A stretch of DNA of 64,000 bases from Candidatus Hadarchaeales archaeon (GCA_038872135.1 JAVZGN010000003.1:1-64000); one strand, 5' to 3'; numbered from the stretch's first letter, positions 1 through 9,273 are shown. The notes: generated from the letters alone by a model not told the origin. Numbers and translations are program-made.

Positions 1-639
1 TGAAGGCGGAGGAAATCTTTGAAATTCAGGGTTGAGGGTCACGAGATTTCTAAACTGCTGCAACCTGAAGGATGGAATTTTCTTTATCTCCCTCGATATC
101 GCCCAAATGACCCCTTCATCATCGGTGAGGGTGGGCACAATCGTCGTCCGGGCTTCCAGCGGAACTTTTGCATCCATTACAAGTTCTATGCTCGCTCCCA
201 CTTTTTCGACAATCTCCTCTTTTGCCCCCGTAGCCCTCTTATACAGCTCAGGGTTACTCAATGGAGCTTTCACATCCACGGCCACAAAATCAAGGTGAGG
301 AAGAAGAAGCTCAAGTGCTTCCGGTCTTGTAGCATTTGTCTCTATGGCCCTCTTCAGCCCAAGCTTCCCGGCATCCTTGAGGAGCGTCAGGGCGGCCTCC
401 GGCTGAAGGAGGGGCTCGCCGCCGCTGAGAACAACAGCAGTCACTATCGGCTCAGATTTTTTCACTTGCTGGATCACCTTCCTCACATCCACAGTCTCCC
501 CTCTTCTGCAATCGATGGTGTCAACATTCTGGCACCATGGACATCTGAGGTTACATCCCTGGAAAAAAATCACAGCAGAAATGTTCCCGGGCCAGTCAAT
601 GGTTGAGAGCTGGCTAATTCCTGCCAAGCGAAATTTCAC
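1..639 (-). CDS. nrdG: Anaerobic ribonucleotide reductase activating radical SAM protein (runs off window start)
   Basis: Manual translation from GTG at 639: MKFRLAGISQLSTIDWPGNISAVIFFQGCNLRCPWCQN (CxxxCxxC). GTGA overlap with the nrdD stop. Absent from the ORF track. Confidence 0.93.
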   Translation of the reverse strand, partial: MKFRLAGISQLSTIDWPGNISAVIFFQGCNLRCPWCQNVDTIDCRRGETVDVRKVIQQVKKSEPIVTAVVLSGGEPLLQPEAALTLLKDAGKLGLKRAIETNATRPEALELLLPHLDFVAVDVKAPLSNPELYKRATGAKEEIVEKVGASIELVMDAKVPLEARTTIVPTLTDDEGVIWAISREIKKIPSFRLQQFRNLVTLNPEFQRFPPPS

Positions 640-2555
640 GATAACGCCCTCAAGCTTATTTTTTCATCGTATTCCTTCCTTTCCCGGAACTCCTCCTGTT
701 TTCCTGTGTGCCAGTTTTGAACTGGCCTGTAGTATCCAACTATCCTCGAGTAGACTTCCGCTGGCTCCCCACATCTGGGGCAGTTGAAGTGCTCCCCGCT
801 CAAGTAACCATGGTTCATGCAGATCGAGAAAGTTGGGGTAATCGTGAAATAGGGTAGCCTGAAGTTCTCGGCAATCTTCCTCACGAGGAGCCTGCATCCC
901 TCAGAGCTGCTCACAGCCTCTCCAAGAAAAACATGCAATACCGTCCCCCCATTGTATAGAACCTGAAGATCATCTTGGTGTTTTAAGGCTTCAACAACAT
1001 TGCTGGTATATCCCACAGGGAGGTGAGTGGAATTTGTGTAGTATGGGACCTTTTTCCCGGCTGTTATTATCTTGGGATAGCGCTCTTTATCCAGCCTCGC
1101 CAGGCGGTGGGAAGCGCCCTCTGCAGGTGTAGCCTCCAAGTTGTAGATGTTCCCCGTTTCATTCTGGAATTCCACCAGCTTTTCCCGCATGAACTTAAGC
1201 ACCTTTATGGCGAACTCTTTCCCATCATTCGTCTCAATGCCTTTCCCGAGAAAGTTGAGGCAGGCCTCATGCATCCCCACTAGGCCTATGGTGGAAAAAT
1301 GAAATTTTAGAGTTTTTAAATAGTGAGCAGAGAAGGGAAGGAATCCTTTTTTCATGTTTTCCTCCACCAGCTTCCTCTTTATCTCGAGGCTCTTTTTTGC
1401 CAACTCCATCAGGCGCTCCAAACGCTCGAAAAACTCGCTCTCTTCCTTGGAGAGGTAGCCGATTCTCGGCATGTTGATGGTAACTACTCCAATGGACCCC
1501 GTCTTGTCAGCGTAGCCAAAGAAGCCACCATATCTCCGGTGGAGCTCGCGGAGGTCGAGCAAAAGCCGGCAACACATCGATCTGACCTCCCTTGGATCTA
1601 TCCCTCCTTTGATGCAGTTCTGGAAATATGGAACACCAAATTTTGCGGTCGTCTTAAACAGAAGCTCTGAGACATCGGAGTCCCAGTCAAAGTCCTTTGT
1701 TATGTTGTAGGTAGGGATTGGGAAGGTGAAAATTCTTCCGCGCATATCTCCTTCATACATCACATCCAGAAAAGCCCGATTTATGAGGTCAACTTCTGGC
1801 TGGTAGTCTCCATAGGTATCATCTGTTGGTTTTCCTCCATAGATGACGGGCTCATCCTTCATATCCTCGGGCACCTTGAGTTCAAATGTGATGTTTGTGA
1901 ACGGCGTTTGCCCTCCCCATCGAGAAGAGATGTTCAGGTTGTAAATGAACTCCTGCATTGCCTGCTTAACCTGCCTGTAGCTCAGACCATCTTTTCTTAC
2001 GAAGGGGGCGAGGAAGACATCCGGGCTGTTTACAGCCTGAGCCCCAGCCCATTCATTTTGCATTGAGCCGAGAAAATTTGAGATCTGGAGGAGGGCCGAT
2101 GAAAAGTGCTTTGGCGGGGAAGACTCGGTTTTTCCTGGGATGCCACTGAAGCCGTTGAGGAGAAGGTCCCGGATGCTCCATCCCGCGCAGTAGCCGACTA
2201 TTCCAAACTGGAGGTTGTGAATGTGAATGTCGCCGTCTATGTGAGCTCTGGCGATGTCTTTCGGGTAGATTTTTGATAGAGTGTACCTTGCGATCATCTC
2301 TCCTCCAGCCTGGAGCAGCAGTGATGAGAATGAGTAGGAGATGTTCGCATTCTCTTTGACCCTCCAGTCCCGGATGCCAATATAATCATCGATGAACTTC
2401 TCAGGGTCTATAAGATGGTGGTCCCCTTTCGGCGCTTCCTTTGTCTTGATGGAAACCTTCCAAAGGCATTTCGGGCAGCTGGCGTAGTACTTCCCTTTCC
2501 CCCGGTAGTTCCAGGAGTAGCCGCAGTGCCTGCATTTAAGCCACATCACTTTCAT
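636..2555 (-). CDS. nrdD: Class III anaerobic ribonucleoside-triphosphate reductase, no ATP cone, N-terminal CxxC..CxxC Zn ribbon
   Basis: YCAGWS, finger loop SMCCRL, LEATPAEG, C-terminal CxxH..CxxC and glycyl-radical motif SRIVGYYRP; followed by nrdG. Confidence 0.96.
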   Translation of the reverse strand: MKVMWLKCRHCGYSWNYRGKGKYYASCPKCLWKVSIKTKEAPKGDHHLIDPEKFIDDYIGIRDWRVKENANISYSFSSLLLQAGGEMIARYTLSKIYPKDIARAHIDGDIHIHNLQFGIVGYCAGWSIRDLLLNGFSGIPGKTESSPPKHFSSALLQISNFLGSMQNEWAGAQAVNSPDVFLAPFVRKDGLSYRQVKQAMQEFIYNLNISSRWGGQTPFTNITFELKVPEDMKDEPVIYGGKPTDDTYGDYQPEVDLINRAFLDVMYEGDMRGRIFTFPIPTYNITKDFDWDSDVSELLFKTTAKFGVPYFQNCIKGGIDPREVRSMCCRLLLDLRELHRRYGGFFGYADKTGSIGVVTINMPRIGYLSKEESEFFERLERLMELAKKSLEIKRKLVEENMKKGFLPFSAHYLKTLKFHFSTIGLVGMHEACLNFLGKGIETNDGKEFAIKVLKFMREKLVEFQNETGNIYNLEATPAEGASHRLARLDKERYPKIITAGKKVPYYTNSTHLPVGYTSNVVEALKHQDDLQVLYNGGTVLHVFLGEAVSSSEGCRLLVRKIAENFRLPYFTITPTFSICMNHGYLSGEHFNCPRCGEPAEVYSRIVGYYRPVQNWHTGKQEEFRERKEYDEKISLRALS

Positions 2556-2644
2556 TTACTACCTACCTACATAAATATCTTTCGAGGGTGGTGAAAACTG
2601 AGTTATCTTTTTACCCTCCAGAACAAATGGTAATATGCAATGAA

Positions 2645-2927
2645 GGGACAGCCCCGCAGGAATCGAGAGCTGGCGTGAAATCCATGAACGCCGGTGCATC
2701 ACTGCGGGAACACTGGAGCTTCCCACCGAGAGTTCACGCCACTCAACGGGTCCTCTGGGGAGAAAGTGGCGGAGCGTCTATCGATGACCCGAGAGCCAAC
2801 CCTGGTGTGAAACAGGTGGGGGCCCCCGAGAAAATCCCGCCATCGAGGGTTAGCGGGATGAGTAATGCCGGTTCGGCTTTCCAAGATTCCCGCTGTTAGT
2901 TGTGCCGGGGACATCGGGGGCCACTTT
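2645..2927 (+). ncRNA. Candidate large structured non-coding RNA, family unknown
   Basis: About 61% GC by hand count (2641-2920) in an intergenic gap. Complementary segments include 2671-2679/2733-2741, 2821-2829/2914-2922, 2834-2840/2853-2859, 2747-2752/2786-2791 and 2659-2664/2885-2890. An AT-rich TATA-like element lies upstream at about 2603-2613. Confidence 0.55.
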
Positions 2928-2938
2928 ACCCAAATAGA

Positions 2939-3361
2939 TTATGGCCGGTGCTTTTTCACCAACCTTACCTTTACGTGAAGGACATCGTCAGCGTCCAGCA
3001 GAGTAAGCCTCCCAAGGCATGCTTTCTGTTTGTCAAATCTAAGATAAATCGTATTTGATCTATCCATAGCTTCTATTTTTCTCGCCACTGTTTCAAGTCC
3101 CCTTTCGTCCAGCTTTCTGATGATATCGTCAAACCAACTCTTAGCGATTTTCCTCCCGCGAGCCTCGGCCGAAAAAATTATTATCGGATTTTTGTGATAT
3201 CCCTCCACCCTCTTTTTGACTATGTCGACGCCTTCCGGAAGGAGCAACTGCATGGCATTCATCACTTTGTTTTCATCCTCAGTGGCATGACAGAAGGTTT
3301 CGAGCCTCACGAAGATAGCATCGTAGTCATCGATGTTGGCCATGTGCCTGCTATCTCCCAC
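2939..3361 (-). CDS. RNA-binding protein, archaeal exosome/RNase P-associated family (COG1325-like)
   Basis: FCHATEDENKV, GYHKNPI and YLRFDKQKA motifs. Confidence 0.85.
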   Translation of the reverse strand: MGDSRHMANIDDYDAIFVRLETFCHATEDENKVMNAMQLLLPEGVDIVKKRVEGYHKNPIIIFSAEARGRKIAKSWFDDIIRKLDERGLETVARKIEAMDRSNTIYLRFDKQKACLGRLTLLDADDVLHVKVRLVKKHRP

Positions 3362-4280
3362 GTTTGAATAAAAATGCCATCACGGCTTTCTGTCCATGTA
3401 GCCGGTTTTCCGCCTGATCAAAAACAACAGAGTTCGGGCCATCGATGACATCCGCCGTGACCTCTTCTCCCCTGTGCGCCGGAAGGCAGTGCATGAATAT
3501 CGCATCTTTCTTCGCCAGCGAGAAGAGCTGTGAATTTACCTGGAATCCCGCAAAAGCCTGCATCTTCACCTCCCTCTCAGCCTCCTGCCCCATTGACACA
3601 AACACGTCGGTGTAGACGACATCAGCCCCGCTCACAGCAATTTGAGGGGCGTTCGTTATCTCAACAGTGCTTCCACTTTTTTCCGCATTCTCTTTCGCTG
3701 TTGCGATGATGTCAGCCGGCGGCTCATAGCCCTTGGGACAGGCAGCGACGATGTCCGCCCCCATCAAGCTACAGCCTAGGATGAGGGAATTGCAGACGTT
3801 GTTTCCATCGCCGACCCACGCAACTTTTACATCTTTCAACCCTCCCTTTTTCTCCATTATCGTCATTAGGTCGGCAACAGTCTGGCAGGGATGCTCACGA
3901 TCGCTCAAGGCATTTATCACCGGAACCGAACTGTTTTTCGCGAGCTCCTGAAGATCCGAATGCTTTCTTACTCTCGCCACTATCCCGTGGACATACCTGC
4001 TGAGGGTGTGTGCGGTGTCGGAAATCGTTTCGCCCCTGCTCAATTGCAGTTCTTGAGAACTCAGGAAAAGTGGAGTGCCACCCATTTCTGTTATCCCCAC
4101 CTCAAAGGAAACTCTGGTTCTGGTTGATGGTTTTTCAAATATCAGCGCAATCGTCTTTCCCTTCAGCTGTCGGGACATCACCCCTCTCGCCCTTTCCTTT
4201 TTAAATTTTAACGCATCCTTCAAAATTCCTGACAGCTCCTTGGCCTTCAGATCACCGATTCCGAGCAAATCCCTCTTCAT
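3351..4280 (-). CDS. argF: Ornithine carbamoyltransferase
   Basis: FEKPSTRTRVSFE, HPCQ, VSMGQE, FMHCLPAHRGEE; start set at MKRDLL. Confidence 0.96.
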   Translation of the reverse strand: MKRDLLGIGDLKAKELSGILKDALKFKKERARGVMSRQLKGKTIALIFEKPSTRTRVSFEVGITEMGGTPLFLSSQELQLSRGETISDTAHTLSRYVHGIVARVRKHSDLQELAKNSSVPVINALSDREHPCQTVADLMTIMEKKGGLKDVKVAWVGDGNNVCNSLILGCSLMGADIVAACPKGYEPPADIIATAKENAEKSGSTVEITNAPQIAVSGADVVYTDVFVSMGQEAEREVKMQAFAGFQVNSQLFSLAKKDAIFMHCLPAHRGEEVTADVIDGPNSVVFDQAENRLHGQKAVMAFLFKRGR

Positions 4281-4326
4281 TTTATCACCAGAATTTTCAG
4301 CAATCTCCATATAAAGCTTCTTTCTT

Positions 4327-5232
4327 TCATTCCCCGGTGGGACTGCTCTTCTCTTCCGCCTCCTCCGCTTCAAACAGGTCTATTTTCTGCATCATTTCCT
4401 TGACCTTGGCCATGAGCTTCTCCTGACTTTCATCCCTCGCAACCTCATGGATCCCCTTGAAAATTCCATCAATGGCGGTTGCCCCCCACGCCACATATTC
4501 TCCCGTGCTCTCATCAAAACCTACGATGATCCCTCTTTTTGGCTTGTCTTTCTCCAGCTTCCAGAACTGTGCCGGCATGTCTGGATAGGTGATGACTCTT
4601 GACCATCCCAAGGGCCACCAGCCGATGAGCGAGAATTTCATCCCCTTCGCCTTGGTCATAAGCGTCTCATAGTCGATCTCCTCCTGTGGTGCAAAGGTCT
4701 GTCTTTTTGGGACTGGGGTGACCAGCACAGCTTGTTCCACTTTCCTCGGGACTATTGATGGAAACTTTTCCTTTGGTCCAGCTTCCGGTGGTTTTATCAT
4801 TCCCATTGGAACTATGGTGGGCACTGGCGTTAGAGTAGAGACAGTTGTGTCCTCGGTGGAGGATACCAGCTTCACTATTTCTGGTTTCCTCCTGATTTTG
4901 CTGAAAACACCAGCTGCTTTAACCGGTGTTGGCCTCTGAACTGCCGGAGGAGGAGCAATCACAACTTGGCCTGGTGCAGGCTTTACTGGCAGCGACCCGG
5001 ATCCTGCTGGTGGAGAAGACTGCGATGGGACGGGGGGAGCCACCTCAATCTCCTCTACCCTAACCCTTGGGAAAAACATGGAAATCCCAACAATGGTGAA
5101 AATTGCTAGAGAGATGGAAAAAGCCACCAATTCCATCGCCTGAGACGTGCTCTCAACTAAAAATGAAAAAAACACTAGGAGTACTTCTATGCACAAGATT
5201 ACTCCAAATCCCAGCTTGAGAAGCCTCTGCAA
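4327..5232 (-). CDS. Hypothetical membrane-anchored protein with Pro-rich linker
   Basis: Two N-terminal hydrophobic helices, Pro/Ser/Thr-rich region, then a small globular C-terminus; fits the operon orientation. Confidence 0.7.
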   Translation of the reverse strand: MQRLLKLGFGVILCIEVLLVFFSFLVESTSQAMELVAFSISLAIFTIVGISMFFPRVRVEEIEVAPPVPSQSSPPAGSGSLPVKPAPGQVVIAPPPAVQRPTPVKAAGVFSKIRRKPEIVKLVSSTEDTTVSTLTPVPTIVPMGMIKPPEAGPKEKFPSIVPRKVEQAVLVTPVPKRQTFAPQEEIDYETLMTKAKGMKFSLIGWWPLGWSRVITYPDMPAQFWKLEKDKPKRGIIVGFDESTGEYVAWGATAIDGIFKGIHEVARDESQEKLMAKVKEMMQKIDLFEAEEAEEKSSPTGE

Positions 5233-5277
5233 GCTCTCAGTTCAACTTCTCTACGGCGCCAAATATTCTTTTTGGTT

Positions 5278-5454
5278 TCATGGGAAGCGGATGGCACCAT
5301 TGGGGCAGGAGACCTCGCAAGCCCTGCACTCTATGCAGTCCTGAGGTCGCGCAACCACAGCTTTTCCATTTACTATATCAAAGACATTAGCTGGGCAGAC
5401 CTCTTTGCATGCTCCCGCGCCCTTACATTTGGCCAGATCAACTGTTGGCGGCAT
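5278..5454 (-). CDS. Dicluster ferredoxin (58 aa)
   Basis: Manual translation MPPTVDLAKCKGAGACKEVCPANVFDIVNGKAVVARPQDCIECRACEVSCPNGAIRFP; TGATG overlap with rps17e. Confidence 0.92.
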   Translation of the reverse strand: MPPTVDLAKCKGAGACKEVCPANVFDIVNGKAVVARPQDCIECRACEVSCPNGAIRFP

Positions 5455-5648
5455 CAATCACCCCTATTCTGTTTTAAAAGGGTAGTTATATACCCTGCGA
5501 TTTTGTTTCTCATTGTCTTGCTCACATGGGAGATAAGTTCATCAAGGACCTTTTTATTGTGAGAGAAATCTGTGGTAAATTTGTCCGGGTACTGGCTGAT
5601 GATGTTCCTGGCCACCCTCTTTATGAACAGTGCTCTCACCCTTCCCAT
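5454..5648 (-). CDS. rps17e: 30S ribosomal protein S17e
   Basis: MGRVRALFIKRVA..FTTDFSHNKK..SKTMRNKIAGYIT. Confidence 0.96.
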   Translation of the reverse strand: MGRVRALFIKRVARNIISQYPDKFTTDFSHNKKVLDELISHVSKTMRNKIAGYITTLLKQNRGD

Positions 5649-7009
5649 GCTCCCATCCCCATCCATTGGTCCCTTGAGTAATTAAAACATACTTTTAATA
5701 TCTCTTCCACCCTTTTGACCAATTCTTGGGGGGTCTCTGCCAGCAGCCTTATCATCGGCTCCTTTCCAATGCTCCCTCTGTCATAGATGACATCTGGCAC
5801 CCCGCCAAATTTTTTTATTGCCTGCTCAGTGCCCCAGATCATGGTTTTTGTTCCTTTTGGTTCATTCCTCCTTTCAAAGGTGCTTATTTTCAATCCAAGT
5901 TTTTTGCAGGCAGCAAGAATTTCCCTGGAGTATTTTATGTTCAATCCAGCTCTTATTCTTGGGTCATGACGGTGGGCGGTGAGAACAAAATTTGCCACAT
6001 GCTCCGACCCCCCGAGTTCTGGAAATCCTGTTAGGAGGGCAGCGTCCCCCCGGCGAATAATCCTTCCGGAAAGTCCAACCACTTCTGCTCTGCTTCTGGC
6101 CCAAGGGAGAGCCATAGCCAGATTTGAGCCCACTTCAGGAATTAAAGCACAGAAATTTTTCATCTTGGTCAGGGCCTTCGCAGCTTCCCACACCTCTCGC
6201 ATGGCTTTTCCTTCCTCTGCCGAAAGCCACAGCTGTGCGCCAGGGTTAACAATTGCCACCCCCCGCCCCACCTTTACCCTTCTCTCAATAGCTGATTCAA
6301 TGAATTTTTTCGCGCTGGCAACGGCATCAGGAAGCTCAAGCCCTTTTGCCAGTTCTGCCGTGATTGCAGCAGAGAATGAGCAGCCAGCCCCATGAATTTT
6401 TTCGTCGGTTATTCTCCTTCCAGTGAACCTGTGAATTTTTTTGCCATAGAACAATACGTCGACAGCTTCTTTTCCAGGCAGATGCCCACCTTTTATGAGT
6501 ACAGCTTTTGGCCCCAGAGAGGCTATTTTTCTAGCAGCGTTTTCAGCATCCTTGGGCGAGGTTATTTTTTTTCCGAGGATTTTCGAAGCTTCATCGACAT
6601 TTGGCGTGACGAGGGCAGCTGTCTCAATAAGCTTGAGGAGGGAAGGAAAAGCATCCCCCCTCAAAAGCTGAGAGCCAGAAGTGGCAACCATGACTGGATC
6701 GACGACGAGTTTCAGCCCATGTCGCTTCACAGCTTTTTCCACCACTTCTATCTCTGCGGCGCTCCACAGCATCCCCGTCTTGCACCACTCAACATTAAAC
6801 TCTGTCAGGACTGCCTGGAACTGTTTTTCTATCATCTCGGGGGGGACCTCCAGCACTTCGAGTACGCCTCGAGTGTTCTGGGCTGTTACCGCCGTCAACA
6901 CAGAGAGACCGTGAACACCGAGCGCCGAAAAGGTTTTTATGTCTGCCTGAACTCCTGCGCCCCCGCAAGAGTCGGAGCCTGCAATTGTCAGCGCACACGG
7001 AATCTTCAA
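5636..7009 (-). CDS. thiD: Bifunctional HMP/HMP-P kinase and thiamine-phosphate synthase (ThiD-ThiN fusion)
   Basis: LTIAGSDSCGGAGVQAD, VDPVM and HGAGC in the N-terminal part; ThiN domain LIPEVGSNL..PDVIYDRGSIGKEPMIR. Confidence 0.93.
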   Translation of the reverse strand: MKIPCALTIAGSDSCGGAGVQADIKTFSALGVHGLSVLTAVTAQNTRGVLEVLEVPPEMIEKQFQAVLTEFNVEWCKTGMLWSAAEIEVVEKAVKRHGLKLVVDPVMVATSGSQLLRGDAFPSLLKLIETAALVTPNVDEASKILGKKITSPKDAENAARKIASLGPKAVLIKGGHLPGKEAVDVLFYGKKIHRFTGRRITDEKIHGAGCSFSAAITAELAKGLELPDAVASAKKFIESAIERRVKVGRGVAIVNPGAQLWLSAEEGKAMREVWEAAKALTKMKNFCALIPEVGSNLAMALPWARSRAEVVGLSGRIIRRGDAALLTGFPELGGSEHVANFVLTAHRHDPRIRAGLNIKYSREILAACKKLGLKISTFERRNEPKGTKTMIWGTEQAIKKFGGVPDVIYDRGSIGKEPMIRLLAETPQELVKRVEEILKVCFNYSRDQWMGMGAWEG

Positions 7010-8256
7010 CTTCTCACCCCCATCAGGTAGGTTGGAAATGCCTGTACGATTTTCACATGCAGATGCTCGCCCAGTTCTCCTTCCTCGACTATCGCAGGCT
7101 TGTAGTTCATTGCCCGGAGAATCTTTCCCCCCTTTTCACCCTCCTCTGTTAGAAAGCCGTCCAAAATTTTTCCGAGGTATCTGCGGTTTTTCTCCAGCCC
7201 TATTTTTCTGCAGAGGTCTGAAAGAACCCTGGATCTCCCCGCGATCTCTCGCCCATCAACCTGCTTGAATTTTGAAGCCGCTGTCTTGGGCATTGGAGAG
7301 AACTTTGAAATGTTGGTCTTGTCGGGCTTTATCTTTTCTATCAACTCACAAGTCTTACGGAACTCCGCCTCCCCTTCCCCAGGGAAGCCGACGATAACAT
7401 CTGTGCAGAGGTAGAGGTCGGGAAATTTTCTGTAAAACCTCTCGACGATGTCGAGGAATTGATTTGCGGTGTAATCCCTTCCCATTTTTTTCAGGATTTC
7501 ATCGCTCCCGCTCTGAACCGGGATGTGCAGAAACTTGTAAATTTTCTCCTCGGAGAAGACATCCAGGAGATCTTCGGCTATATCAACGACATTTTTCGGG
7601 TTCATCATCCCAACTCTGATCCTGAAGCTGCCGTCTATCTCCACAAGTTTTCCCAAGAGTTCCGGGAGGCTACCACCACAGTCCCGACCGTATGCCGCAG
7701 TGTCCTGGGCTGTGAGAAGGATTTCCTTATACCCTTCTTTTACCGCTTCTTCCACCTCTTGGCATATCTTTTCCTGACTGAAGCTTTTCAAATCTCCCCT
7801 CGCAAATTTCACTGAACAATAGGTGCATTGGGAATTGCAGCCCTCGGCAATCTGCACAATTGCGCTGACCTTCCCCTGCCGCAGCTTTGGATACTCCACC
7901 TTTTCAGCTGAGTGGTCGAAAGTAGCACCTCCATTTCCAAAAATTTCATAAAATTTCCACAACTCCCTGCATGATATCGTCTGCCCTCCGAAGCCAAGCT
8001 TTCTCATGGCTTCACCGTCTACCAAGGGGAGGCATCCGGCGACCAGAACATCTTTGCCAGTTTTCTTCAGCTCCTCTATCCGCCGGAGCATTTTCCTGTA
8101 GGTGGCACCCTTCACCGCGCAGGTGTTTATTATTACCATGTCCGCTTCATCGAGCCTTTCCACTACCTCATGCCCGCACTTCGTTGCAATTCCGCAAATT
8201 ATCTCTGAATCTCCCTTGTTCATCGTGCAGCCATAGGTTTCGCAGTATACCCTCAT
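7006..8256 (-). CDS. tRNA t6A37 methylthiotransferase (MiaB/e-MtaB-like radical SAM)
   Basis: ETYGCTMN, INTCAV, GCNSQCTYC, HIPVQSGS, DVIVGFPGE; C-terminal TRAM-like region. Confidence 0.9.
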   Translation of the reverse strand: MRVYCETYGCTMNKGDSEIICGIATKCGHEVVERLDEADMVIINTCAVKGATYRKMLRRIEELKKTGKDVLVAGCLPLVDGEAMRKLGFGGQTISCRELWKFYEIFGNGGATFDHSAEKVEYPKLRQGKVSAIVQIAEGCNSQCTYCSVKFARGDLKSFSQEKICQEVEEAVKEGYKEILLTAQDTAAYGRDCGGSLPELLGKLVEIDGSFRIRVGMMNPKNVVDIAEDLLDVFSEEKIYKFLHIPVQSGSDEILKKMGRDYTANQFLDIVERFYRKFPDLYLCTDVIVGFPGEGEAEFRKTCELIEKIKPDKTNISKFSPMPKTAASKFKQVDGREIAGRSRVLSDLCRKIGLEKNRRYLGKILDGFLTEEGEKGGKILRAMNYKPAIVEEGELGEHLHVKIVQAFPTYLMGVRS

Positions 8257-8328
8257 CGATATTCCCTCGATTTCTGAGGTTAAATCTAAGCTTGGTATTT
8301 TAAACTCATGCGACTATTTGGCATTAGC

Positions 8329-9081
8329 ATGAAAAAGATTCAAATGACGGTTGTGCAGATAGACAACTACGGCCCATGGACGGTGACCCCGGAGCCGAAA
8401 AGGGAGGCGGAGCTCCAGCATCTGCAGGCCGATCTCTTCGCGAAACTTTCATTGATGTTTGGGGAGCTGAAGGGGCTGATTTTTCTCGCAAGGCATGACA
8501 ACATGATCGGTATTACCAATGGAATTTCTCTGGATGACCATAGGGAAATCCAGAAAAAGATTGCTCGGGATTTCCCGGTAACTGTGAGCATGGGCGTTGG
8601 AACCGGGTGGACTGCATATGAGGCGCTGGTTGCGGCCAGCCTCGCACTCCAGGCGTGTGGCAGCTCCCGGGCGCCAGAAAGAAAAGGAGCGCTCGGGGGA
8701 AGAGTTGTGGAAAAACCTGACGAGGATTTTGTGCAGATTGTTCACATGGACATTAATCATTCCACTCTTCTTACCGATGCACAGCCGATTTATGATACTC
8801 ATCTCCTCATCCAACGGGCATACCTCTCCCTCGCAAGGCTTCTGCTGGAGAAAAAAGCAGTTGTCCTCTACGCTGGAGGAGACAACTTCATCGCTGCGGC
8901 CAATGGTGTCACAGAGGCGGAGATATCTGAGGTTTTGATGAATGTCAAGCGGGAAACTGGAGTTGAACTGAAGGCCGGGATTGGCGCTGGGGCAACGGCG
9001 GAGGAGGCGGCAAAAAGAGCAGCGCAGGCCCTTCAGGAGATAAGAAGGGAGAACAACAGGCGCAGGATAGCCGTTCGCTAA
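8329..9081 (+). CDS. gch3: GTP cyclohydrolase III
   Basis: QIDNYGPWT..REAELQHLQA, HMDIN, YAGGDNFI, LKAGIG. Confidence 0.9.
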   Translation: MKKIQMTVVQIDNYGPWTVTPEPKREAELQHLQADLFAKLSLMFGELKGLIFLARHDNMIGITNGISLDDHREIQKKIARDFPVTVSMGVGTGWTAYEALVAASLALQACGSSRAPERKGALGGRVVEKPDEDFVQIVHMDINHSTLLTDAQPIYDTHLLIQRAYLSLARLLLEKKAVVLYAGGDNFIAAANGVTEAEISEVLMNVKRETGVELKAGIGAGATAEEAAKRAAQALQEIRRENNRRRIAVR

Positions 9082-9273
9082 TTCTTCGGTTATGTGTTAG
9101 AAAGCAACCCCCATTTTCTGAGTTCGGTGTGGCCTATCCCTGGATTCACTTAGATATTGGCAATCCGTGATTTAGTCCCTCATTATTGGAACTGGTTTTC
9201 ATCTCCTGCTCGCAACAGTTAATTTTAAGCGGGTTGAATAACTTTTTTATACTATCGAATACAATATTTATTC

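Noticed and set aside
19-606. 195-aa + strand ORF, and the many similar antisense ORFs in the track
   Set aside because: Shadow frames of clearly identifiable genes on the opposite strand (here nrdG)
2588-2914. ORFs 2588-2899 (+) and 2699-2914 (-)
   Set aside because: No recognisable protein features; better explained as chance frames in a GC-rich RNA
2645-2927. RNase P RNA, SRP RNA or cobalamin riboswitch identity for the structured region
   Set aside because: No GAGGAAAxTCC or ACAGAA..GCTTA pair and no SRP CCAGG-GNRA-AGCA motif. Cobalamin-like words are out of order and on the strand opposite nrdD, which has its own TATA.
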